Notes: generated by a model not told the origin, from the letters alone. A stretch of DNA of 64,000 bases from Spirochaetota bacterium (GCA_963664815.2 CAXXHB010000003.1:1696001-1760000), one strand, 5' to 3'; shown: positions 1 to 9,242, numbered from the stretch's first letter. Translations and numbers: made by a program.

Positions 1-1
1 T

Positions 2-253
2 GAGCCGGTAATAGACCTCTTATCACAACAAGGGATTCAGGATTTTAACAGCAAAGCGACTGAAAAAGCAGGTATAGATACTTGCAATCACTTCTTTAAA
101 CGCTACATAGACTATTCCGGAGCAATTCCCAACATGAAGCCTGATGATTTGAGAAAGCTGAAGACTGGAATGAAAATTGAGCTTAACACAATGGCCTCGG
201 CAAAAAATGTTTACGAATTTGCCGGAATAAAAAAGGTGGCACACAATGTCTGA
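2..253 (+). CDS. Partial (5'-truncated) hypothetical protein, coupled to the downstream FliN-FliG fusion
   Basis: Frame open from position 2 (EPVIDLLSQQGIQDF...EFAGIKKVAHNV) to TGA at 251-253, overlapping the ATG at 246 (ATGTCTGA). Not in the ORF track because the start lies outside the window. Confidence 0.65.
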   Translation, partial: EPVIDLLSQQGIQDFNSKATEKAGIDTCNHFFKRYIDYSGAIPNMKPDDLRKLKTGMKIELNTMASAKNVYEFAGIKKVAHNV

Positions 254-2312
254 TGGACCGTTGAGCCAGGAAGAGATTGATGCCCTGCTTCAGGGAGCCG
301 GCTCTGTTCTCAAATCTGAGAAAAAAACGGAAGTGAGCGCTGTATCAGAGAATGAACCTGAAGAAAAAGGGGATTTTGATGAATTTCCGTTAACTGATAA
401 TGATACGTTTGAAGAACCGTCGGGCATGAAAAACTGTTCAAAAACTGAGGCACCGCAGGAAGCTGCATCGAGGTTGATTCATATCAGAAGTGAACAACTT
501 TACACCGGGAAACTTACTGTAAGAGAATCATTCAGCAATAAACTGATATCTTATCTGAACGGGAATGGTAAAAAGGCTTTGAAGAGTAAATACCTGTCAA
601 CATTTTACAATGATATTCTTGATCCTGATGAAAAGAAATTTATATCCGGAGATGATTATGGTGATGAGTATGACGGCAGTGTTATGAAAGGGATATTGAA
701 GAGAATCAGGAACTCAATAACTGGGGTTAATAAATTGGTTCCAGATGTATCCTGCGGATATGAGTTGAATCTTGAAAAATTCAGATTCCCTGTAACTGTA
801 AGGGTTGAAGCAGGTACCGTTGTGTATAATGAAATAATCAGGGGAGAAGACCAGGTTCCTGTTTCAGATATATCGGGAAGAAAGGCGTTACTTGTTATTG
901 GAGATATGGAGATCGGAAGCGGGAAGATATCCGCAAAAGATGGCAAAGTGGCATTTATTGAGCTTACTGATACTGTCATGAACAGCAGATCAGGAGCTTT
1001 GCCGTTGACAGATTTGCTTCACGAATACCGCTTTAATATATCGGTTGAGGTGGGGAGAAAGAGTATCCACCCGCTTGAAGCGGAGGAGATTTATAATGGA
1101 ACAGCACTTGTTTTTGATAAATACGCGGGAGAACATCTTGATGTAATTCTTGAAGATTATGATCTGGTTATTGCAAAGGGGGAGGCATGCATTCTTGGTG
1201 AAGTGACGGCTGTACGAATTACAGAAATGGTAAATATTAACCTGCCCGGAGTTCTTAATGGGGAATATGAGAAGAAGAGAGATATCGGGCCGGAGGCTAT
1301 TGTTCCCGTACGATTCGTTTACGGAAGAAGAAAAATGACAATTAAGGAAGTTATTGGTCTTGGAGAGGGGAGTGTTTTGGAACTGGACAGAATATTCCTG
1401 GTTCCTGCCGAGCTTATGTTCGGGGATGAACCGGCAACACGGGCAGAGCTAATTGTTGTTGATGGAAAGCTTGGTGCAAGGGTTCCGGTAGCAAGATTGA
1501 AAAATCTGTATGGTAATAAGCCTGTGAAATCCGTACTGGAATCCTCCTGTGAAAGAGAAGATGTGTCGGTTGGTGAAACTACCGGGCAGGATTATACTTC
1601 TGGAATGGATGGAGCAGATAAACCCTTCAGCTTTTTCAACGAAAACAATATTGAGCATACATTATCAGTTCTTGAAAACGAACATCCTCAGACAATAGCG
1701 CTTGTTCTGTCATATCTTGAAGCTAAACATTGTGCTATGATTCTCTCGTATCTTCCACCTGAAGTCCGTATTGCTGTTACCCGGAGAATTGCATGTATGA
1801 GGGGAGTTTCTGTAACAGTGATCGAGGATTTGGAAAAAGTGCTTCGAAAAAAGCTTTCAAGGATATCATCAGATAGATATCTTTATTCCGGGGGACTTGA
1901 CCATACCATTGAAATAATTAAAAATACCGATCATGGTATGGAAAAGTCTCTTATTGAGGGTCTTGAAGAGACAGATCCACAAACAGCAGCGGAGATAAAA
2001 AATGGAATGTTTTTATTTGAAGATATTGTATTTCTTGAAGACAGATCCGTACAGAAGGTGCTTAGAGAAGTAGATACTCAGGATCTTGTAAAAGCGCTCA
2101 GGGGAGCCAGTAAGGATGTGCATGAGAAAATATTCAGAAATATGTCAAAACGTGCAGTCAGTCTTATAAAAGAGGATATGGATTTCATGGGATCGATTCT
2201 TCTGATAGATGTTCAGAATGCTCAGGAAAAAATAATAAAAATCATTGGAAAACTGAAGGATTCCGGAGAAATATTAGTTCTTCGTCCGGGGGAAGATTAT
2301 CTGGCAAAGTAA
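246..2312 (+). CDS. Flagellar switch-like fusion protein: FliM/FliY N-terminal peptide + 3 SPOA (FliN-like) domains + FliG middle and C-terminal domains
   Basis: N-terminal LSQEEIDALL; SPOA-like segments at about aa 179-242 (degenerate), 261-329 and 353-413 (VEVGRK...GT/GS.L.FD/LD...GE...AVRITE); FliG motifs EHPQ (aa 479), GG linker, MFLFEDI (aa 588) and NMSKRAVSLIKED. Confidence 0.85.
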   Translation: MSDGPLSQEEIDALLQGAGSVLKSEKKTEVSAVSENEPEEKGDFDEFPLTDNDTFEEPSGMKNCSKTEAPQEAASRLIHIRSEQLYTGKLTVRESFSNKLISYLNGNGKKALKSKYLSTFYNDILDPDEKKFISGDDYGDEYDGSVMKGILKRIRNSITGVNKLVPDVSCGYELNLEKFRFPVTVRVEAGTVVYNEIIRGEDQVPVSDISGRKALLVIGDMEIGSGKISAKDGKVAFIELTDTVMNSRSGALPLTDLLHEYRFNISVEVGRKSIHPLEAEEIYNGTALVFDKYAGEHLDVILEDYDLVIAKGEACILGEVTAVRITEMVNINLPGVLNGEYEKKRDIGPEAIVPVRFVYGRRKMTIKEVIGLGEGSVLELDRIFLVPAELMFGDEPATRAELIVVDGKLGARVPVARLKNLYGNKPVKSVLESSCEREDVSVGETTGQDYTSGMDGADKPFSFFNENNIEHTLSVLENEHPQTIALVLSYLEAKHCAMILSYLPPEVRIAVTRRIACMRGVSVTVIEDLEKVLRKKLSRISSDRYLYSGGLDHTIEIIKNTDHGMEKSLIEGLEETDPQTAAEIKNGMFLFEDIVFLEDRSVQKVLREVDTQDLVKALRGASKDVHEKIFRNMSKRAVSLIKEDMDFMGSILLIDVQNAQEKIIKIIGKLKDSGEILVLRPGEDYLAK

Positions 2313-2331
2313 TTATTAAGGAAATTTACAT

Positions 2332-2976
2332 ATGGAACTGATAGACTTTACAGGGATATACCAGACAGGCGGAAAGTTTTTAAAATTTACCGGTTATAGT
2401 GAGCTGGCTGACAAATTGACCGGTATCAGCGAGAAAACCAGGAAAGAGGGATTGCTGGCTATTGAAGATGACCTGGAATATATGGATAATATAATGATGA
2501 AAAAGCAGTTTCAGCTGGTTGTAGATGGAACCGATCCGGAGATTGTTAAAAATATAGGTTCACTGCGGCTCTGTAATCTGCTTTATACCTTGAAGGAGAT
2601 TCTTGCATGTGCAGAATTCACGCTTTTCATGGATGCTGAAATGGAATTTGAATTATATCTGGCAAGTCGTGATGCAGCTTCCAGTGCGGTTCTTATAAAA
2701 GAGATGAGAGAGCAGATACTTTTTCTCAGAAAAGGGAATGAACAGGGAATTGAACTTCCTGAAAGGTTCAGAGCTGTTATTGATACGGTAAACTCCGGTA
2801 TTGACTGTGAAATAAAAAAGAATATTATAGAAAACCACATATGTTCAATACTTAATATAAACAGAATATATAATGAGGTCATAATAGCTGGTGTATTGGG
2901 AGTTCAGGCAGGTGACAACCCCTCGGTTCTCAGGGAGAAGCTTGATGCGATAACAGGTAATATCATTCAGGCATAA
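2332..2976 (+). CDS. MotA-like protein consisting only of cytoplasmic elements (no transmembrane helices)
   Basis: KTRKEGLLAIED, QLVVDGTDPEIV and C-terminal IIAGVLGVQAGDNPSVLREKL are MotA/PomA cytoplasmic motifs. No 18-20 aa uncharged hydrophobic stretch. RBS AAGGA upstream. Confidence 0.75.
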   Translation: MELIDFTGIYQTGGKFLKFTGYSELADKLTGISEKTRKEGLLAIEDDLEYMDNIMMKKQFQLVVDGTDPEIVKNIGSLRLCNLLYTLKEILACAEFTLFMDAEMEFELYLASRDAASSAVLIKEMREQILFLRKGNEQGIELPERFRAVIDTVNSGIDCEIKKNIIENHICSILNINRIYNEVIIAGVLGVQAGDNPSVLREKLDAITGNIIQA

Positions 2977-2981
2977 ATTAC

Positions 2982-3533
2982 TCAATCGAACATAACGTAA
3001 CTCACGGAAGACTCAATTTTTTTCTCTATCTCTTTTCTCTTTAATTTGAGATTTTCGAATTCACTTCGTGCTTCAGAGGTTTTTATCTTCTGCATAAGGA
3101 CGTCGCCAGTGTGTGTGTAGAAAAAAATTTTTCTTGAATTATATCCTCCGAAGTTGTAATTAACTATTGGTATTTTTTCTGTAATGAGAAAATCAACAAC
3201 CATTTCGACGTTTTTCAGCCCCATGGCCAGTTCATGGCTCATGGAGGGAAGCAGCTGAGCACCGCCGAAAATCTTTGCCTTTAGCCTGTATCTGTTCGTT
3301 CCGAGTTTCATCAACTGGTTTATAAGAAGCTCCATTGCATTGATTGCGTATCTTGCATCTCCCGGAGTTGATTTGCCTGATTTCTCTTCAGGGAGTAGTA
3401 TATGATTCATTCCCCCAGTTTTGCTGTATGGCTCAAAAAGACACACAGCAACACATGGACCGAGAATTGTTGTTATAACGGCAGGCTCTGCCGAGGAATA
3501 GTACTCGCCTATATGTATATTTATATTCTTCAT
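2982..3533 (-). CDS. cheD: Chemoreceptor glutamine deamidase CheD
   Basis: IHIGEYY...TILGPCVAVCL...GGMNHILLP...AKIFGGA...KN motifs; catalytic Cys/His present. Confidence 0.92.
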   Translation of the reverse strand: MKNINIHIGEYYSSAEPAVITTILGPCVAVCLFEPYSKTGGMNHILLPEEKSGKSTPGDARYAINAMELLINQLMKLGTNRYRLKAKIFGGAQLLPSMSHELAMGLKNVEMVVDFLITEKIPIVNYNFGGYNSRKIFFYTHTGDVLMQKIKTSEARSEFENLKLKRKEIEKKIESSVSYVMFD

Positions 3534-3577
3534 TTCAATCTCATAAATAATATAGAAAATTGACTCATATATTAGGA

Positions 3578-3616
3578 TAACACGATTGTGTTAGTTTTTT
3601 TAGCACGACTATGTCA
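3578..3616. promoter_or_regulatory. Tandem pair of 16-bp palindromic operator-like sites (consensus TAACACGATCGTGTTA) between cheD and the NarL-type gene
   Basis: TAACACGATTGTGTTA at 3578-3593 and TAGCACGACTATGTCA at 3601-3616; the same motif pair recurs at 4425-4462. Confidence 0.65.
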
Positions 3617-3679
3617 TTGACTGACAGAAAGCATATGGTAATTTAATATCAATTCTTTTTGTTTTCCTTAAGAGGTATT

Positions 3680-4360
3680 ATGGAAAAAATTGTTATTGTT
3701 GATGACCACCCGGTTATTATAAATGGCCTTCGCGTTATTCTTGAGGAAAGCGGCCGTTATACCGTCACAGGTGAAGCCTTAAACGCAGAAGAGGCTATGA
3801 TGATACTTAATAAGGTTAGTGCTGATCTGATGATAATTGATGTAGAGCTTGGATGCGGATTAAACGGTATTGAACTTGTGAAGAAAATTTGCAAAGATTA
3901 TCCCGAAATAAGGATGCTGGTTATGTCAATGGATGACGGGGCTCTATATGCCGAGAGGGCATTAAAGGCCGGCGCGAAAGGATTTATATCCAAGGTTAAT
4001 GTGGCGGATGATATTTTTACGGCGATTGAAACTGTTAAAAAAGGTCAAATATATCTCAGCAGTGAGGTCTGCAATATAATAGCAGGTAATTATTTCAGAA
4101 ACTATATTAACCCGGTTGTGGATAATGATATGGCCAGCCTTACCGACCGTGAACTTGAGGTTTTTCAGCTTATTGGAAGAGGATATAAAAGGATGGAGAT
4201 AGCAGAAAGGTTGAATATAAGTGTAAGTACATTTGAGGCCCACAGGCGTAAAATAAGGAAAAAAATGAGCATAGAGACATCCTCGGAGCTTATTAAAACA
4301 GCAATTAAACACGAAGCTGAGCGATTTCATATCCAGCCATTATCTGAACCACGGCTGTAG
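3680..4360 (+). CDS. NarL/FixJ-family DNA-binding response regulator
   Basis: IVIVDDHPV receiver domain, phosphoacceptor D in IIDVEL, LuxR HTH LTDRELEVFQLIGRG...IAERL. ATG at 3680 after GAGG is preferred over TTG at 3659. Confidence 0.92.
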   Translation: MEKIVIVDDHPVIINGLRVILEESGRYTVTGEALNAEEAMMILNKVSADLMIIDVELGCGLNGIELVKKICKDYPEIRMLVMSMDDGALYAERALKAGAKGFISKVNVADDIFTAIETVKKGQIYLSSEVCNIIAGNYFRNYINPVVDNDMASLTDRELEVFQLIGRGYKRMEIAERLNISVSTFEAHRRKIRKKMSIETSSELIKTAIKHEAERFHIQPLSEPRL

Positions 4361-4424
4361 ACTGTATCTAAATTTGATAAATATGACAATTTAATTATTC
4401 CCTGATTTCCGGTATTATCCCCCC

Positions 4425-4462
4425 TAACACGAACATGTTATATCATTGTCACGATCGTGTTA
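4425..4462. promoter_or_regulatory. Second tandem pair of the TAACACGATCGTGTTA operator-like palindrome, upstream of the che operon
   Basis: TAACACGAACATGTTA at 4425-4440 and TGTCACGATCGTGTTA at 4447-4462. Confidence 0.65.
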
Positions 4463-4680
4463 TCTTTAAAAACATTTAGGTGTTATTGCCGGAGATTCAT
4501 ATTTCTATATTTTAATATTAAGTATAAGAAATTATCTCAGAGTAAAATTCCCAATAAAGCAGGGCAGGAGATAGTTGAACGTATAGCAAAAACAGCAAAA
4601 GAACTCGTCATAATTTTTTAATGTGTATAAACATTTCATTGAATACGAAATCGATGAAATGCAGGGGAGATGATAAGGTT

Positions 4681-5286
4681 ATGGCATTTACATACTTTTT
4701 CAGGGATATGCAGACCCTTGAGATGATAAGGGATTACGCAATACCAGTGCTGAGGACCAAGAGATATATAAATGTATGGGATGCAGGATGTGCCATGGGG
4801 CCTGAACCTTATTCACTTGCTATTATACTCAGGGAAAACATGGGGAACATGATTTTCAGAAATGTAAGAATATATGCCACTGATATAGACGGGAGTAATC
4901 TTTTTCAGGAGATTATAGAATCCGGGGAATACCCGAGGGAACAACTGGACAGAATTCCGTCAGATATATTCAACAGGTATTTTTCTAAAGTGGATGATGG
5001 TGAAAAATACAGGATATCGGAAGACATAATCAGATGCCTGCATTTTATAAGGCACGATCTTCTCTCACTTCATCCGGTAAAGAATGATTTCAGTATGGTT
5101 TTATGCAAGAATGTTCTGCTTCACTTTAAACATGAAGAGAGAGTTAAGGTTATAAAGATGTTTCATGAAAATCTTCTAGAAGGGGGATTCTTTGTTACTG
5201 AACAGACCCAGAAGATGCCTGAGGAACTGGATGGTTTTTTTGAACAAGTAGTATCTAATGCACAGGTGTACAGAAAGGTCGGATAA
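4681..5286 (+). CDS. cheR: Short CheR-type methyltransferase (catalytic domain only)
   Basis: Begins MAFTYFFRD; VWDAGCAMGPEPYSLAI, IYATDID, HDLL and LCKNVLLHF motifs; lacks the N-terminal all-alpha CheR domain. Confidence 0.85.
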   Translation: MAFTYFFRDMQTLEMIRDYAIPVLRTKRYINVWDAGCAMGPEPYSLAIILRENMGNMIFRNVRIYATDIDGSNLFQEIIESGEYPREQLDRIPSDIFNRYFSKVDDGEKYRISEDIIRCLHFIRHDLLSLHPVKNDFSMVLCKNVLLHFKHEERVKVIKMFHENLLEGGFFVTEQTQKMPEELDGFFEQVVSNAQVYRKVG

Positions 5287-5894
5287 TGAGAGCGGATAAT
5301 GTGAAAATATATAATCTCACTGAAAACAGTAAAGTTTATACATCAAATGTTTATCTTATAACAGGAACTTGGAACAGGATTGATGATGTTAATGCACTTA
5401 TTGATGTCGGACGTGATCTTTCTATACTTGAAATGATTCTTGAAATCCCCACCGGCGTTGGTAAAAAACAGGTTGAGAAAGTAGTAATTACTCACAACCA
5501 TTACGATCACACATCAATGCTTCCAAATGTGAAAAAAGTATTTAATTCCAGGGTATGTGCTTTTTCAAATTCAATAGCTGGAGTAGATCGCATACTGAGA
5601 GACGGAGACATGATAAAACTTGGAGACAGGTTATTTGAGGTTATACACACACCTGGTCACAGTAGTGATTCAATATGTCTCTATAACATGGATGATGGTG
5701 CTCTTTTTTCTGGAGATACATCTCTTGTTATACGTAACACTGAATCATACTATGATGATGAATTTATCAGAGCTGTGGAAAAACTGTGCAGACGTGATGT
5801 GCAAATAATATATCCGGGGCATGGAGAAACTATTCGTGAAAAGTGTAATGATAAGATAAGGGAATCATTGAAAAACCTGAGGAAAAATAATTAA
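5286..5894 (+). CDS. MBL-fold metallo-hydrolase
   Basis: THNHYDH, HTPGHSSDS, LFSGD and YPGHG motifs; TAATG overlap with the upstream cheR. Confidence 0.9.
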   Translation: MRADNVKIYNLTENSKVYTSNVYLITGTWNRIDDVNALIDVGRDLSILEMILEIPTGVGKKQVEKVVITHNHYDHTSMLPNVKKVFNSRVCAFSNSIAGVDRILRDGDMIKLGDRLFEVIHTPGHSSDSICLYNMDDGALFSGDTSLVIRNTESYYDDEFIRAVEKLCRRDVQIIYPGHGETIREKCNDKIRESLKNLRKNN

Positions 5895-5999
5895 ACGAAA
5901 TTTATGTTTATCTTATCAGTGGAATTGAACCGGGTATAATGTTATAATCCGGATTTTAATAATTTATTTTATACAATATAGTGCAATGAGGAGGATGTA

Positions 6000-8291
6000 A
6001 TGTTCAGGAATATGAAACTTGGTATTAAAATTCTTACAGGATTTACAGTTCTCACTTTTCTTATAATAGGTGTTGGGGTAATTGGAATTGTTAACATCAG
6101 GCAAATTAATAGCGCAGATACAAAACTATATGAAAAAATGACTCTGCCGCTGGGTGATCTTGGACAGGCGGGAATGGACTTCCACCGTATAAGGGTTAAC
6201 CTCAGGGACGCTATATCGTCAACCAGTATATCTGACAGAGATAATTTTATAAAGAGAGTGGAAGAGCTTGGAAAAGATATGATTAATAATCTTGATGATT
6301 ATGAGAAAACAATACTTACAGATGAAGGAAGGCGGCAGTTTACTGAAATGAAAAAATCCATTGATGATTACACTATTCAGCAGAATGAAATGATACGGTT
6401 AATAAAGGATAATAAAAATGCAGAAGCCTCAGTTATTCTTTATGGTGAGGGCGGGAAATGTGCAAGAAAAATAATTGATCTTGTTGACAAGATGTATGAA
6501 CTGAAGACTTCCATGGCCAAAAAAACATCAGACGAAAATACAGTGCTGGCAAATTCATCTGTGACATTAATGATGATTTTAATTATATTTGCCGCTGTTT
6601 TTTCAGCAATACTAACTTTTGTACTTACCGGAAACATAAAAAAAATTATTAAAAATCTTCTGGATGAAGCCGGGCGTCTTGTTGATGCTGCGGTAAACGG
6701 TAAACTCGATATAAGGGCTGATCCGCAGAAGATAAATTTTGAATTCAGAGATATAGTGGTTGGAGTAAACAATACTCTTGATGCGGTAATAGGACCATTG
6801 AATGTAGCAGCCGAATATGTGGAAAGAATTTCTAGAGGAGATATTCCGCCTAAGATTTCTGATACTTATCATGGAGACTTTAATGAGATAAAGAATAACC
6901 TCAATATGTGTATCGATGCAGTAAATCTGCTTGTGAATGATGCCGGCATGCTCTCAAAAGCTGCAGTTCAAGGGAAACTGGATACCCGTGCAGATGCGAG
7001 CAGACACCAGGGGGACTTCGCAGCGATAGTGAAGGGTGTAAATGATACACTTGATGCGGTAATAGGCCCGCTGAATGTTGCAGCAGAGTATGTTGAGAGG
7101 ATCTCTAAAGGTGATATCCCGCCGAAAATTACTGACAGCTACAATGGAGATTTTAATGAAATTAAGAATAATATAAATATTCTTACCGATGCCATGAACA
7201 AAATTACTGATGTTTCCCAGGAGATTGCAGGAGGAAACCTTATGATTCAGGTGGAGGAAAGGTCGGCACAGGATAAACTGATGATTGCTCTTAAAAAAAT
7301 GGTTAGTGATCTGACGTCAATAGCAGTCGATGTTCAGACAGCGGCCAACCAGGTTGCAACAGGGAGTGGTGAAATGAGCTCATCTGCAGAGGAGATGGCG
7401 CAGAGTGCCAATGAACAGTCCGCCAGTGTTGAGCAGGTGTCCAGCTCAATGGAGGAAATGAACAGTTCGGTTATTCAGAATGCCGATAACGCAAAACAGA
7501 CAGCTGCGATTTCAGACAAGGCGGCGAAAGATGCAAGGGATGGAGGAACCGCCGTTGCTGAAACTGTAAAGGCAATGAAGAGTATAGCGGAAAAGATTTC
7601 CGTAATTGAAGATATAGCAGCACAGACCAATATGCTTGCGCTTAATGCTGCAATTGAGGCAGCCAGGGCGGGCGAACATGGGAAGGGTTTTGCCGTGGTT
7701 GCGGGAGAAGTAAGGACATTGGCAGAGAGGAGCGGCAACGCGGCCAAAGAGATAAATAATCTTTCAATGCAGAGTGTTGAGGTTGCAGAACGTGCGGGAA
7801 AACTCATCGAGGATATAGTACCTCAGATACAAAAGACAGCAGAACTGGTGCAGGAGATAAATGTGTCAAGCTCGGAACAGGCTAACGGAATTGCTCAGGT
7901 AACTCAGGCTGTTGAACAGCTTGATAAAGGGATACAGCAGAGTGCAACTGCAACTGAAGAGATGGCATCAACTACAGAGGAGCTTCTTGGACAGGCGGAA
8001 CAGTTGCAGCGGGCAGCATCATTCTTTAAAGTAAAAGATAATCAGTTTGATGCTGGAGGTGGTAATGGTAACGGAAGACATCCCGGCAGGGAGCATTACA
8101 TTCCCGATAAACGTCAAGGGAAAGCAGGTATTTCAAAGATTTTAAACAGGCAGAATAAACAGATCGAACCTGTCAACAAAGGTTCTGAATTGGAGGCAGT
8201 TAAAAAAAGCTATGGCAACAATGATGTAATAACTGCAGCAGGTGGTGTTGATATAAATCTTGCAAGTGACAGTGAATTTGAAAGATATTAA
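6000..8291 (+). CDS. Methyl-accepting chemotaxis protein with periplasmic helical-bundle sensor and poly-HAMP array
   Basis: Two TM segments; repeated HAMP units; signalling tip [34 protein letters not shown]; C-terminal pentapeptide EFERY; RBS GAGGAGG. Confidence 0.95.
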   Translation: MFRNMKLGIKILTGFTVLTFLIIGVGVIGIVNIRQINSADTKLYEKMTLPLGDLGQAGMDFHRIRVNLRDAISSTSISDRDNFIKRVEELGKDMINNLDDYEKTILTDEGRRQFTEMKKSIDDYTIQQNEMIRLIKDNKNAEASVILYGEGGKCARKIIDLVDKMYELKTSMAKKTSDENTVLANSSVTLMMILIIFAAVFSAILTFVLTGNIKKIIKNLLDEAGRLVDAAVNGKLDIRADPQKINFEFRDIVVGVNNTLDAVIGPLNVAAEYVERISRGDIPPKISDTYHGDFNEIKNNLNMCIDAVNLLVNDAGMLSKAAVQGKLDTRADASRHQGDFAAIVKGVNDTLDAVIGPLNVAAEYVERISKGDIPPKITDSYNGDFNEIKNNINILTDAMNKITDVSQEIAGGNLMIQVEERSAQDKLMIALKKMVSDLTSIAVDVQTAANQVATGSGEMSSSAEEMAQSANEQSASVEQVSSSMEEMNSSVIQNADNAKQTAAISDKAAKDARDGGTAVAETVKAMKSIAEKISVIEDIAAQTNMLALNAAIEAARAGEHGKGFAVVAGEVRTLAERSGNAAKEINNLSMQSVEVAERAGKLIEDIVPQIQKTAELVQEINVSSSEQANGIAQVTQAVEQLDKGIQQSATATEEMASTTEELLGQAEQLQRAASFFKVKDNQFDAGGGNGNGRHPGREHYIPDKRQGKAGISKILNRQNKQIEPVNKGSELEAVKKSYGNNDVITAAGGVDINLASDSEFERY
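6770..7175 (+). repeat. Intragenic tandem duplication of HAMP units in the MCP
   Basis: [42 protein letters not shown] and [42 protein letters not shown], about 276 nt apart. Confidence 0.8.
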
Positions 8292-8300
8292 AATTCTGTG

Positions 8301-9203
8301 ATGGAGTTGAACATGCTGACAGGAACCGGAGTAAAAACAGATATATCCGTGATGAACAGTGAAACAGTAATGTCAGAGAAGGAGTTTGCGCTTTTCAGCA
8401 GCATGATATATTCAGGAACGGGGATTAAAATGCCCCCTGTAAAAAAACTGATGCTTACTTCAAGACTGATTAAAAGGATGAAGCTGCTTGAAATAAAATC
8501 TTTTAAGCAATATTATGAGTATGTGTGCAGTCCTGAAGGAAAGGTAAATGAATATTTCAGAATGATAGATGCTGTAACAACAAACAAAACCGATTTTTTC
8601 AGAGAGAACGCGCATTTTGAAATTCTTGTAAACATGGTACTGCCGGAGTTGTCCGCCAAGGAAAAATTTGTTAAGGGAAATCCGGTAAATATATGGAGTG
8701 CGGGATGTTCTACGGGAGAGGAGCCTTATACAATTGCTATGGTAACATCGGACTTTTTCAGTAGAGAAAGAATGAAAGGTAAAGAACCTGTTTCGATCCT
8801 TGCAACAGATATTTCTACAAAGGTACTTAATTCTGCAGTTAATGCTGTATATTCAGAAGATTCAATCAAGCCTGTACCGCATACTTTGAGAAAAAAATAT
8901 CTGCTCCGGGGGAAAGGAGAAAAACAGGGGATGTTCCGGATTGCACCGGAGATAAGAAAAATGGTAAATTTCAAAAAACTTAATCTTATGGATGAAAGGT
9001 TTAATCTTGATGTGGAGATAGATATAGTGTTCTGCAGAAACGTGATTATATATTTTGACAGAGATACCCAGAGGGAACTTTTCAACAGGTTTTATGATGT
9101 TATTTCACCCGGTGGTTATCTTTTTATCGGGAGTTCAGAAACACTTCAGGGACTTAATGACAGGTTTGTCCCGGCGGGACCGACTGTCTACAGGAAGCTG
9201 TGA
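8301..9203 (+). CDS. cheR: Chemotaxis methyltransferase CheR (full length)
   Basis: TTNKTDFFRE, IWSAGCSTGEEPYTIAM, ATDIS, FCRNVIIYF and GYLFIGSSE motifs. Confidence 0.95.
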   Translation: MELNMLTGTGVKTDISVMNSETVMSEKEFALFSSMIYSGTGIKMPPVKKLMLTSRLIKRMKLLEIKSFKQYYEYVCSPEGKVNEYFRMIDAVTTNKTDFFRENAHFEILVNMVLPELSAKEKFVKGNPVNIWSAGCSTGEEPYTIAMVTSDFFSRERMKGKEPVSILATDISTKVLNSAVNAVYSEDSIKPVPHTLRKKYLLRGKGEKQGMFRIAPEIRKMVNFKKLNLMDERFNLDVEIDIVFCRNVIIYFDRDTQRELFNRFYDVISPGGYLFIGSSETLQGLNDRFVPAGPTVYRKL

Positions 9204-9242
9204 ATATAAATGGAATCTGTATGTAAATGACCGGGAGAGATT

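Noticed and set aside
23-244. 73-aa minus-strand ORF in the track
   Set aside because: Shadow of the plus-strand frame 2-253, which is open throughout and coupled to the next gene.
4467-4495. Possible sigma-28 promoter (TAAA...GCCGGAGA) upstream of the che operon; a similar weak match lies near 52617-52643
   Set aside because: Spacing or -10 match is poor, and such matches are expected by chance.
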